Origin: a virus
DNA: 64,000 bases
Direction: 5' to 3' (one strand)
Virus record (IMG/VR): IMGVR_UViG_3300048837_000549
Span: 13,112 to 77,111 of that record
Under the pieces are notes generated by a model. The model saw only the letters and a program-made list of their open reading frames with translations. It was not told the DNA's origin and made no database searches. The position numbers and the translations under genes are program-made. Below, one piece after another: positions 47,758 to 56,922 of this stretch; the stretch's first letter is position 1; the number at the start of each line of letters is the position of its first letter.

Positions 47758-48498
47758 ATGTCAGTAGTGACAATAGATAGTGTATGGTTAAACCAGATCA
47801 AGAAAATAATTGCCGCCCCTATGGTCGATTCTTTGTTGCTTTCTGACGAAGAAATAAAGGATCTAATTATCTTTCCAGTTCTTCAAAAATATTTCACAAA
47901 GTTTCCTATTAAAGAAGAACTTCAAATGTCAATAAATGGAGAAATGTTTATACCTTTTCCAGACGAATATACCTTCGGGGTTCTTGACTGTAGGGTAGTT
48001 GACATTGGCTTACTTCCAGGAAGTGGAACTGGATTTTGGGACTTAGTACTATTTACAAATACTAATTCTATGAGTTCTTCTATGAAAGGTTCTGGCGCTT
48101 ATGGATATAATCCTTCAGGACTTCTTTATCAAAGAGATGTAGAAAGACAACAATATAAATCACAGCAAAATCAGTATACTACTATTAAGTCGAGGGTAGA
48201 TATTACAAATAAAAGACTCATAGTATATAGTTCAATGACAGGGTCTCTTAATATAACATGGGCAAAATATAGCAATAATTTTGACTCCGTAATGTTTGAA
48301 AGAAGAGACGATGTAATTAAACTTTGTCAAGCGGAGTTACTAGATCACTTAATAGACGCAGCTTCAATTCTTTCAGATTCTGGGTTGGAAATTTCTATCA
48401 ATATAGATAAACTTGGAGAGAGATCAGAAAAGCTAAAAGAATATGTTAAAGAAAGATGGGATGCCGTACAGGAAATTATATTTCTTCACAGTGTGTAG
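47758..48498 (+). CDS. neck/head-tail adaptor protein (T4 gp13-like)
   Basis: IKKIIAAP.V...L.DEEI...VLQKYF N-terminal pattern. Confidence 0.5.
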   Translation: MSVVTIDSVWLNQIKKIIAAPMVDSLLLSDEEIKDLIIFPVLQKYFTKFPIKEELQMSINGEMFIPFPDEYTFGVLDCRVVDIGLLPGSGTGFWDLVLFTNTNSMSSSMKGSGAYGYNPSGLLYQRDVERQQYKSQQNQYTTIKSRVDITNKRLIVYSSMTGSLNITWAKYSNNFDSVMFERRDDVIKLCQAELLDHLIDAASILSDSGLEISINIDKLGERSEKLKEYVKERWDAVQEIIFLHSV

Positions 48499-48771
48499 GT
48501 ATATAATCAGTCCAACACATACATTTTAAATTGTTGTGTAAACAGCATTGATACTCTTTACCCATATGTACACATAATCCTTTCTTAATTATTTTACGAG
48601 AATCACAACATATAGAATAATCAGGATAATAAGATTTCATTTATTTTATGTGTTGTGATTTATATTTGATTTTCTTCTTACAATTTAAATTCCACTTCTT
48701 AAATCTATAATTACCATCAAGAAACAAATACTGTAAATTAAATAATTCATTACAAAATCTTTTTAAAAATA

Positions 48772-49176
48772 TCATTTAGACTCAATCCTCAATTTATTTT
48801 TTTCTGCGTCTTCTCTAACACCTTTCATTTCCCCCACAATACCTAATACTGCTATACCAAAATCTTCAACTTTAGATGCTATCTTTGTTGCCATAAAAGA
48901 GTTTTCTTTTGCATTCTTTTTAATCATATATTCTCTAGTATCTAATTCTTTTTCTCTTTGCTTATATGATTTTATAGTATCTTGCAACATACTGATTTCA
49001 GCATTCTTCTCTTGTATCTCTAATTCATGTTCTCTTTTTTGATGAGATAAGGCATCTTCAAGTTTTTCTCCCCAATACTTTTCATCTAGTTTTTTCTGTC
49101 TTTCTTTAGATTTTTTTAACATATCTGTAAGATCAGTAAGTCTAAACAATTTAATTATTAGTAATTTCCAATTCAT
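48772..49176 (-). CDS. coiled-coil hypothetical protein
   Basis: 134-aa ORF. Confidence 0.55.
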   Translation of the reverse strand: MNWKLLIIKLFRLTDLTDMLKKSKERQKKLDEKYWGEKLEDALSHQKREHELEIQEKNAEISMLQDTIKSYKQREKELDTREYMIKKNAKENSFMATKIASKVEDFGIAVLGIVGEMKGVREDAEKNKLRIESK

Positions 49177-49574
49177 CTATTTTATCCCTGGACATTTTTC
49201 TTGGTTAACATAAGGACATTTGTTACAATCTTTACTTACAAGACATTCTGATATTATTTGTTTAATCATCCCCTTCACCTCTTTTCTGGTTTAATTATTT
49301 TATTTCAATTTTATGTCCACAATAAGGACAAAAAATAAATCTTCCGTAATTATCATAATCTATTCTTTTACCACATTTTGTATGATACTCCAAATCTTGA
49401 AACCCCATAGTTCCCGTATCTCTTAAAACATAAACACACTTTTTAACATTTTTGTCCTTCATATCACTTAATCCTCCTTTTGTGACACGCTGAACACGTC
49501 ATCACTGCATATTTTCCAGCAAAGTATAAATGCTGTTATTGTTATAATTGCTAGCGTCATTTATTCGCTCTCCT

Positions 49575-49760
49575 TTATTCAATTATTTTTTCTGAATTAA
49601 ATTCATACTCTCGCTTCTCTAGATTATACCTTCTCAACCATAGCTCATGTGTTTTAACATCGTACCAGTATTGGTTCATACATTTCTTACATATTACTTT
49701 GCTATGTATAATCCATTTAAAAGAATCGCTACCACATTCGCACACAAAATATTTTTCCAT
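49575..49760 (-). CDS. small zinc-ribbon protein
   Basis: CECG...CKKC. Confidence 0.5.
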   Translation of the reverse strand: MEKYFVCECGSDSFKWIIHSKVICKKCMNQYWYDVKTHELWLRRYNLEKREYEFNSEKIIE

Positions 49761-49947
49761 CTACTCACTCTCCTTTTTTAATTATTTGTCACTAGTCCTT
49801 TCGAAAGGTAACACTTTATCTTATTGCAATAGAATCTATATGGACATGCTTTGCAATATAAACTCATACTCCCTCCCTATACAACTATTATTAAAAGAAT
49901 TACAAACATCGCTACATACATTATACCTATTGCTATAGATACTCTAT

Positions 49948-50454
49948 TCATCTCTCTCCTCCCCACTCTTTAAGCTGTGATTTAAGGGCTTGAATAGTTT
50001 CTTCTTGTTTAGATATTAAATTTATTATACTGGAATGTTCATCATGACTTGTTTTTGTTAACCATTTTTTATACATCTCTTCCGCTTCCTCAACCAACAT
50101 TTCAAGTTCGGATTTGCGGATGATTCCGAGTTGCTCTAGAAACCTGATAAAAACATCTTGCGTTAATGTTATAAAATCTGATAAAGACATATATAATGAT
50201 CTTGCTTCAGCTTCTGTCATATGTATCTTTTCCACTTCTTTCTCCTTTGATATGTAATAGTCGCACTCACCTGATATGCCATGTACAATAAGAGGACTAC
50301 GTTTTACTTCACAAGAAAATCTTTGACATCCTATACAATCCATTTCTTTCTCCTTTGGCTCGTATTCATCAAATTCTGAATTACAAATTATATCATCTCT
50401 ATTGCATATATGTTTTAAATTATCATACCATTTGCAAGTCTTACAATTTATCAT
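49948..50454 (-). CDS. Cys-rich hypothetical protein, paralog of 50748..51179
   Basis: Shares KSE.E.LVEEAEEMY. Confidence 0.55.
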   Translation of the reverse strand: MINCKTCKWYDNLKHICNRDDIICNSEFDEYEPKEKEMDCIGCQRFSCEVKRSPLIVHGISGECDYYISKEKEVEKIHMTEAEARSLYMSLSDFITLTQDVFIRFLEQLGIIRKSELEMLVEEAEEMYKKWLTKTSHDEHSSIINLISKQEETIQALKSQLKEWGGER

Positions 50455-50487
50455 TCTATCACTCCTGACTAAATAATCATTATGTCG

Positions 50488-50751
50488 TTATTTTTGTTCT
50501 TTTAGATATTTGAATAACGTATCTTTGAGGTTTGAATAATATAATTTCCTTCTCTTGTCATCCAAAGCCATTGCGAGACAATTTATCAACTCCGCTTTCT
50601 GCTGTTTTAATTTTTCGATCACTAAATCTCTTGCAACATTCGAGTCTGTTAGTATTGATATCTGCTGTTCAAGTTCATTAACATAATCAGTAACTGGAGA
50701 CATATCTCCACCGGATATTGCTATATAATTTTTATATCGCTCTTTCCTCAT
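50488..50751 (-). CDS. hypothetical protein
   Basis: ATGA overlap. Confidence 0.5.
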   Translation of the reverse strand: MRKERYKNYIAISGGDMSPVTDYVNELEQQISILTDSNVARDLVIEKLKQQKAELINCLAMALDDKRRKLYYSNLKDTLFKYLKEQK

Positions 50752-51179
50752 TTCTTTAACCTTTCATTCTCTGCTTTGAGATATTGAACTGCTTCATATA
50801 ATTTATGAACGCAATCAAGTCTCTCTTGCAATACTTCTTTTACAACGCCCATATTTTCAAGGTTCATTGCAAAAGGTCTGACGTTAGAAAGATACATCTC
50901 TTCCGCTTCTTCAACCAAAGTTTCAATCTCGGATTTTTTAATGTAGCCTTTTTCTTTTGCAACTTTAATATCATATGGTTGGATTAACATTCCTAAGTCA
51001 GCCATTATAATTTTATATTGTTCTTCACTCTCAAATTCTATTTTGCTCATTGGTTTCTCCTTCGCCTCCCATTTATCAGCTTCCACGCATTTTCCTATAG
51101 CATCATAGCACTTAGCGAATCCATTCCTACCTAATCCTTTCTGGTCGTGCTTGCAATTACGACATATTTTCATTTCCAT
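50748..51179 (-). CDS. Cys-rich hypothetical protein, paralog of 49948..50454
   Basis: Shares KSE.E.LVEEAEEMY. Confidence 0.55.
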   Translation of the reverse strand: MEMKICRNCKHDQKGLGRNGFAKCYDAIGKCVEADKWEAKEKPMSKIEFESEEQYKIIMADLGMLIQPYDIKVAKEKGYIKKSEIETLVEEAEEMYLSNVRPFAMNLENMGVVKEVLQERLDCVHKLYEAVQYLKAENERLKK

Positions 51180-51200
51180 ACTCTTCTCCTAGCATAATTG

Positions 51201-51602
51201 TTATTTTAACAGCTCCGGATTTTCGTAGATGTTCCCGATGATTTCTATTTTATCAATAAAAACCGTCAAATCACGCAAATCATAGTTTTTATTTTTCCTC
51301 TTAAATGCGCCTTCGAGAAAAATAACTTCAAAACATTCCGATTCAAATATTCTCATTTGCTCATAAGCAATTATATCACCCTCGCAAATCTCTTTACCGT
51401 TTTTATCGTGCAATCCAGTAAACTGCATAATTTTCATTTGCTGTGAAAAGTATGGATTATTCACCCACCTATCAAAACACTCGTGCTTATCTGATTTAAA
51501 AATAATCCAATCGTTTGCAGAATCTCCAGATTTAATAAACTGAAAATCGTTATGCATAATTTTATTTTGCTCATCCCATGCTCTAAACTTTATCTCTCTC
51601 AT
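51201..51602 (-). CDS. YopX family protein
   Basis: MREIKFRAWD...MQFTGLHDKNGKEI.EGDI...IIGNIYENPELL. Confidence 0.92.
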   Translation of the reverse strand: MREIKFRAWDEQNKIMHNDFQFIKSGDSANDWIIFKSDKHECFDRWVNNPYFSQQMKIMQFTGLHDKNGKEICEGDIIAYEQMRIFESECFEVIFLEGAFKRKNKNYDLRDLTVFIDKIEIIGNIYENPELLK

Positions 51603-51628
51603 TTTAATCTCCTATAATGTCATAACTG

Positions 51629-51823
51629 CTATTTTGTCACTATTCTTGCCAGTATCTCTATTCTGTTTTTATTTTCTATAAGATGTTTAGATTCGGCGAA
51701 CTTTTTTGCTTCTTCATATGACTTTAAAAATATAGAGTGTTGCTCTAATTCGCCAGTAAATTCGTTGTCGGTAAAAACATAAAATCCTTCTATCTCGAAT
51801 TCGTCCATTTTTATTCTCCTCAA
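51629..51823 (-). CDS. hypothetical protein
   Basis: ORF; true start probably the internal ATG. Confidence 0.45.
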   Translation of the reverse strand: MRRIKMDEFEIEGFYVFTDNEFTGELEQHSIFLKSYEEAKKFAESKHLIENKNRIEILARIVTK

Positions 51824-51919
51824 TTATTGTATATACTCAAATCAAATACTTAAAATTTTTATTCTCGAAATATCCATCTCATTTATCCTTTAATGTCATA
51901 ATTTATTTATTTTGTCAGG

Positions 51920-52327
51920 TTATTTCTTAATGTATACACTTCTTGATCTTTCCTCACCAGTTCCAGTTGCATAATCTTTTATTACGACTAATCTTTTATT
52001 ATCTTTATCAGGAAAAGACATAATCCAAGTATGGCCGGTATTAAGATAGACTAAAAGAACTTCTGAATTATCTTCTGAGACACTAATTCTAAGTATTTTA
52101 CTAAAGACATAATAGTCATTATCAAAGTTAACAACTTTAGTCCCATAGAATCTACAGAAAAATTCTTCATTGATGTCTTGTATTGTTTCTCCCTCATCAT
52201 TAGAATAACCTATCATGTAATAACTTCCTTGATACTTAGCTGGTATAGATTTAAGGATTTCTTCTTTTGATTCTGCGAAAGCATTTACTGCCATAAGTAT
52301 TGTGATAATTGTTATTAGTTTTTTCAT
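51920..52327 (-). CDS. exported protein with signal peptide
   Basis: MKKLITIITILMAVNAFA signal peptide. Confidence 0.6.
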   Translation of the reverse strand: MKKLITIITILMAVNAFAESKEEILKSIPAKYQGSYYMIGYSNDEGETIQDINEEFFCRFYGTKVVNFDNDYYVFSKILRISVSEDNSEVLLVYLNTGHTWIMSFPDKDNKRLVVIKDYATGTGEERSRSVYIKK

Positions 52328-52342
52328 TTGATTAGTCTCCTT

Positions 52343-52675
52343 TTATAATTTAATTTGTTTTTTCTTATGAAGCTCGTTTGCTTTATTATATAACACTACA
52401 TTCTCAGCAATGACTTTTTTATACTCATTATATTTTTCTGTTGCTGATTTAGTTGAGTCTACAATTACTTTAATAGTATTTCTGAGAGGTTCACCACTAA
52501 GGTTTCCAAATGAATGAACTAATTTCACATAAGCAATATGATAAACTCTCAATTCTTCTTCACTGAAGTTTTCAGCCATTCTCATTTTCTTATATTTATA
52601 CGTATAATAGATTTCCATAGATAAGCAATCTTTAAGAAACTTTCTGTGTTCATCTGTCATTTTTTGTTTCATCAT
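52343..52675 (-). CDS. hypothetical protein
   Basis: 110-aa ORF. Confidence 0.5.
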   Translation of the reverse strand: MMKQKMTDEHRKFLKDCLSMEIYYTYKYKKMRMAENFSEEELRVYHIAYVKLVHSFGNLSGEPLRNTIKVIVDSTKSATEKYNEYKKVIAENVVLYNKANELHKKKQIKL

Positions 52676-52745
52676 AGTGGTTAATCCTTATTTAAATTCT
52701 TTCTATATATAATATATATAAAAAGAATTCAAAAAGTTAAACTTT

Positions 52746-54053
52746 TTATTCTTCTACTTGATTATCTTCTATATTAGATTCTCCCAAGTCGAGTGTTTTA
52801 CTCTCATATACTCTAAATAGAAAGCTCTTGAGTTTATATACATCTATATCGAGAGACTCAACTCGTAAACAGATTCCTTCATCTGGAACATTATTTTTGC
52901 AGATCGAACATTTCTTTTCAAGATACTTTTCTTGTAGAAATTCTAGAAAATATCTTTGCCAATCTCTTTCAATTTCTGTATCTGAAAATAAATTTCTTGC
53001 TCTACCATAATAATATAAAGGAACTACCTCAAGCCCGTTCTGCTTACACCATTGTTGAACTTGAAGCATTGACCATTCAACTACTCTTCCATCTTCGTTG
53101 GTAGTAGTTATTCTGTATATATAGTTTTCATGTTTATTATTATCACATCCATAATCAAATCCTTTTTGGATATATCCACCATCTTTTAGAAATCCAACTA
53201 TCTCGTAATATATGGTCATTCCTTTTTGTAGAAAAGGTTTAAGTTCTTCAGCCCCGACCTTCCAGATGTCCTCGGAATAATAGTGTGTTTGTTTATCTTC
53301 ATACAAATACTGATTTTTAACGACCTTACGAGAGGCATGGATGTAATCATACTCATTCTCTTGAATTTTTATCCCAAAGAATTTGGCTACCTTATCTTTA
53401 AATGAAAGTTTTCTATTACAAAGAATATAACTTGCAATCGCGGAAGTCCCATGAAGTTTTCCGGTAATTGAAATTATCGAATCCGGTTTTATCATATGAA
53501 TATTTTTTGCCAATGGTGCCGTGTCGATATGGAATCGAAATTGCTCCTCTTTAAGTTTATTAAATCGTTTTATCTTTTTACTCGTCTTACTATTCTTCGA
53601 ACTAGAGGAATTTTGATTATTAGATTTAACAACATATTTTTCACATATCATTACATCATCTATATGATCAAAGTCTGTTCCAATAGAAACATCTAAATCT
53701 TTCACAATCCAAAATAAACTTTCTATTGGGATAAAAAAGCCTTCTGATTTATAGCCCCTAAACTTTATACATTTGACGCGACCTTTATTTTCAAAGAATC
53801 CTGCTTTTTCTTTATCTTCATTAAGTTCTTTATCTCTATATAGAGAATTAGCTTTTAAAAATACTTCTTTGATTGAGCATTCGACCGGAAAAAATATTCC
53901 GATGTCTCCAACTTGAGTATCTTTGGATATAATCACGTGATTGCCTAAGATGGTTGTCGCCTGGATATTGTCGCAACCCTCTAATGTGATAATATTGTTA
54001 ATACCTACAATAGTAGCACAATAATTGATATTACCTTTAACTTCTAATTTCAT
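52746..54053 (-). CDS. RNA ligase (Rnl2-like, N-terminal OB/tRNA-binding-like domain)
   Basis: KLHGTS motif I; YYEIVG; PDEGICLR...YKLKS. Confidence 0.8.
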   Translation of the reverse strand: MKLEVKGNINYCATIVGINNIITLEGCDNIQATTILGNHVIISKDTQVGDIGIFFPVECSIKEVFLKANSLYRDKELNEDKEKAGFFENKGRVKCIKFRGYKSEGFFIPIESLFWIVKDLDVSIGTDFDHIDDVMICEKYVVKSNNQNSSSSKNSKTSKKIKRFNKLKEEQFRFHIDTAPLAKNIHMIKPDSIISITGKLHGTSAIASYILCNRKLSFKDKVAKFFGIKIQENEYDYIHASRKVVKNQYLYEDKQTHYYSEDIWKVGAEELKPFLQKGMTIYYEIVGFLKDGGYIQKGFDYGCDNNKHENYIYRITTTNEDGRVVEWSMLQVQQWCKQNGLEVVPLYYYGRARNLFSDTEIERDWQRYFLEFLQEKYLEKKCSICKNNVPDEGICLRVESLDIDVYKLKSFLFRVYESKTLDLGESNIEDNQVEE

Positions 54054-54344
54054 CTATTTCTCCTTTGGATATCTGAATTTGTAATCTTCATGGTTCATTA
54101 TTTCTCTACTATTAAAATACATTTCATCAATTGTATAATCAGCATTATATATCTTTTTAGCTAATTCAGATTTTGAATATGCTTCTCTTATATTATACAG
54201 ATGAATACACATAAAGAAACATAAAATTATTAAACCAATAATAGAAACGCCTATAACTCCCTCTTGGACTGTTTTAAAACCATAAACCGCAGATCCAATA
54301 AGCCCCATTAAAATTAAAACTAAAGTAATTGTTATCGCTGTCAT
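54054..54344 (-). CDS. membrane protein
   Basis: Two TM segments. Confidence 0.55.
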   Translation of the reverse strand: MTAITITLVLILMGLIGSAVYGFKTVQEGVIGVSIIGLIILCFFMCIHLYNIREAYSKSELAKKIYNADYTIDEMYFNSREIMNHEDYKFRYPKEK

Positions 54345-54364
54345 TTTATTCTCCTATTTATTTT

Positions 54365-54583
54365 TTATTGTTTCTTTGGAGGAACATTTACTTGTTTCTC
54401 TTTATACCATTTACAATCGTTATTTTTATTCATCTTCTTTGGTTTAATAGGATATCTCATTATCATATTTCTCCACGTATCTTTTGTTTTAAGATTAAGC
54501 TGGTGAGTACAAAAATACTCCACGCCTTGAGAGTCATACTCCATTTTAAAAAATTCACAATCATCGCAATACACTTTATTCAT
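54365..54583 (-). CDS. small Cys-rich protein
   Basis: CDDC..C...C. Confidence 0.55.
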   Translation of the reverse strand: MNKVYCDDCEFFKMEYDSQGVEYFCTHQLNLKTKDTWRNMIMRYPIKPKKMNKNNDCKWYKEKQVNVPPKKQ

Positions 54584-54584
54584 A

Positions 54585-55163
54585 TCAATCCCATAACCTA
54601 TTCCTTATTTTTATAAGTCTGATTAAAGCATCTTCTTTTTCTTGTTCAAATCTAGTTTCTTCATCATTCATCATTTTAAAAAGATAATCAGCATACTTGT
54701 TATTGGGGTTCGAATAATACTGCAGACACCCCAGTTTATCGTCAACTTCATCTCGACACTTCCCCCACCAACTAACATGGTGTTCATTCCAAATGTCTAA
54801 AAGATATTCAAGTTCTTCTTCTCGTCTTGGTTTTTCTACATTATACCAGTTATAAAGCCATTCAAGTTCTTCATTATCTTTATTTTGTCTAATCAATTGT
54901 TCTCTTTCATATTCTTCTGCTTTATCTATATCCCATCTATAGCTGATTTTATCTTTATGATTCTCATAGAATTCATTAAGTATTTCAAAAGGATAATCTA
55001 ATAAAGGTTCAACTAATTCCCATGATCCCCAATAAGGGTGTTTCATAAATCGTTTAAATAATTGCCAGCGATAATAGGGTCTTCTAAAGATGTAAGTGAA
55101 ATAACCCATCTTAAAAGGTTCTATTCTTATCCAGTCTTTAATGTCTTGTATTATGTATTTCAT
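54585..55163 (-). CDS. hypothetical protein
   Basis: 192-aa ORF ending LIKIRNRLWD. Confidence 0.6.
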   Translation of the reverse strand: MKYIIQDIKDWIRIEPFKMGYFTYIFRRPYYRWQLFKRFMKHPYWGSWELVEPLLDYPFEILNEFYENHKDKISYRWDIDKAEEYEREQLIRQNKDNEELEWLYNWYNVEKPRREEELEYLLDIWNEHHVSWWGKCRDEVDDKLGCLQYYSNPNNKYADYLFKMMNDEETRFEQEKEDALIRLIKIRNRLWD

Positions 55164-55264
55164 TTTTCTTCCGTTTCTAATATAATAGAACTGTCAGATA
55201 TAATATATCTGCCCGTTAATTTAATCTCTTCCTTCTTTAGCTCGTCTATTAAATCTTTTATTTT
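55160..55264 (-). pseudogene. 35-aa gene separated from its SD and ATG (56761-56776) by the IS insertion
   Basis: Rejoined flanks read MKIKDLIDELKK...EEK-stop with ATGA overlap to the next gene. Confidence 0.65.
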
Positions 55265-56523
55265 GTGAACCAACCCAACTCTAAAGAGTTGGATCTTCCT
55301 AAGCTGAAACTACTTACATCTCGTTTCATATCTCTTAAGGCGTAACTTTCCGAAATATTCACATCGGTAGAATTTTTTAAAAGGTTTATTCCTCTTTTTT
55401 TAAGAATACTTATTCCTGCGTTTTTAATGTTTATTGCTGCATTAATGTCTCTATTTATGTCTAATCCACACTCACAAACATACCTTCTATCAGCTAATGT
55501 TAAATCCGACTTAATTTGACTACAACTTGAACAAAGTTTAGAGGATGGGAACCAGCGATCAATCTTCACAAAATGTTTATTTTCCTTAAAACATTTCCAC
55601 TCTAAATTGGAAAGAAATTCACTAAAAGAAAAATCCATAGTAACTGTTTTAGAGACACCTTTGTTAAATTGTTGCATTCCTTTAATGTTTAAATCTTCAA
55701 AAATTAACACATCAAATTTCTGACTTAATTCATGAGCCAAATTCCATTGGTGTCCTCTTCGTTCGTTTACTATTTTTTGATGAAACTTCGCTACTTTTAA
55801 TTGTTCCTTGCCCCGATTATTTGAACTTTTTTGTTTTCTACTTAATCTCCTTTGCCTGATTTTTAATGTTCGTTCATTCTTTCTATAGTGTTTTTGATTT
55901 TCAAACACCATTTCTTGACTTACAAGAAAATCTTTAGCAGACATATCAGCAGAGAAAACTTTAGATTCTTTTATTTCATTGGGTAAAGTTTGTTCAAATT
56001 TCTCTTCAATTAAAATGGAAACATAATATTGATTAGATGGATTTTTAGAAATTGTCATTGATTTTATTTTAGAATCAAATACTCTCTTATCTCTAAACTT
56101 TATCCAGTCTATTTTAGGTATTTTTATCTTTCTATTTTCAAAGTCTATTTGACAATGTTGTGGTACTCGAAAAGACGCATGATTATTTTTCTTACTTTTA
56201 AAATTTGGAAATCCAGATTACTTCACTTTAAAGAATTGTTGAAAAGCATTATCTAAATTCAATATTACTTGCTGTATGACTTGACTATTTATTTCTTTTA
56301 ACCACTCATACCCTTCAATTTTCTTAATTTCCGTAAAATCTTTTATAGCATCGTAAGCAGAATATTTGATGCCATGTTTATATGCATCAATTTTATATGC
56401 CAACACTGAGTTATAGACAAATCTACTTGTACCAAAATATTGTTCAAAAATTTCTTTTTGACTTCTATTCGGGTATATCCTAAATTTATATGCTTTATTG
56501 ATTTTTTTCATCTCTTTTTTCAT
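55258..56523 (-). pseudogene. tnpB: TnpB RNA-guided nuclease interrupted by an in-frame TAA at 56218-56220
   Basis: KAYKFRIYP, GFPNFKSK, ADMS, FEDL, CSSC..CECG and RDINAAINI; both ORF halves are in the same frame. Confidence 0.88.
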
Positions 56524-56760
56524 CTATTAAACGTCTTAAAATATCCGACTCAGACAACCCAGATTCAGCAGTTTGTTCTTTTAACCACTGCTCCTGCTTT
56601 TCGGTTATACTTATACTCTTTTTTATCATTATATCACCATTATATATTTATTATATTAGTATAATATTAAAAAATAGTTACATTTTTTCTTTACTTTCTA
56701 AAAAAATCAATTTAACGCCTTATATACACAACTCTAAAGAGTTGTATTTTTACGGCGTTT
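55265..56760 (-). mobile_element. non-autonomous IS200/IS605-family (IS1341-like) element: RHH gene + tnpB, no tnpA
   Basis: Same CAACTCTAAAGAGTTG palindrome near both ends (55275-55292, 56728-56745); right end TTCAC; no target duplication. Confidence 0.85.
56495..56629 (-). CDS. ribbon-helix-helix (CopG-like) protein, 44 aa
   Basis: Hand-translated MIKKSISITEKQEQWLKEQTAESGLSESDILRRLIDEKRDEKNQ; GGTGA SD. Confidence 0.7.
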   Translation of the reverse strand: MIKKSISITEKQEQWLKEQTAESGLSESDILRRLIDEKRDEKNQ

Positions 56761-56868
56761 CATATAAATTCCTCCTATTTTTATTATCTCTATTTATAAT
56801 ATAAATAAAACTTCCTAGAATTTAAACTATTTTCTTTAATTAGCCAAAACTATTTCTAATAAATTTCT

Positions 56869-56877
56869 TACTAATAA
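56869..56877 (+). promoter_or_regulatory. putative late promoter TACTAATAA
   Basis: Upstream of the sheath gene. Confidence 0.6.
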
Positions 56878-56922
56878 TAAAAAAGAATTAACAAGGAACT
56901 AATTCAAAAGAGGTATAAATAG

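Noticed and set aside
55258-56523. Cas12f/CRISPR system or catalytically dead TldR-type regulator
   Set aside because: No repeat-spacer array was seen, IS ends are present, and the RuvC acidic residues are retained.
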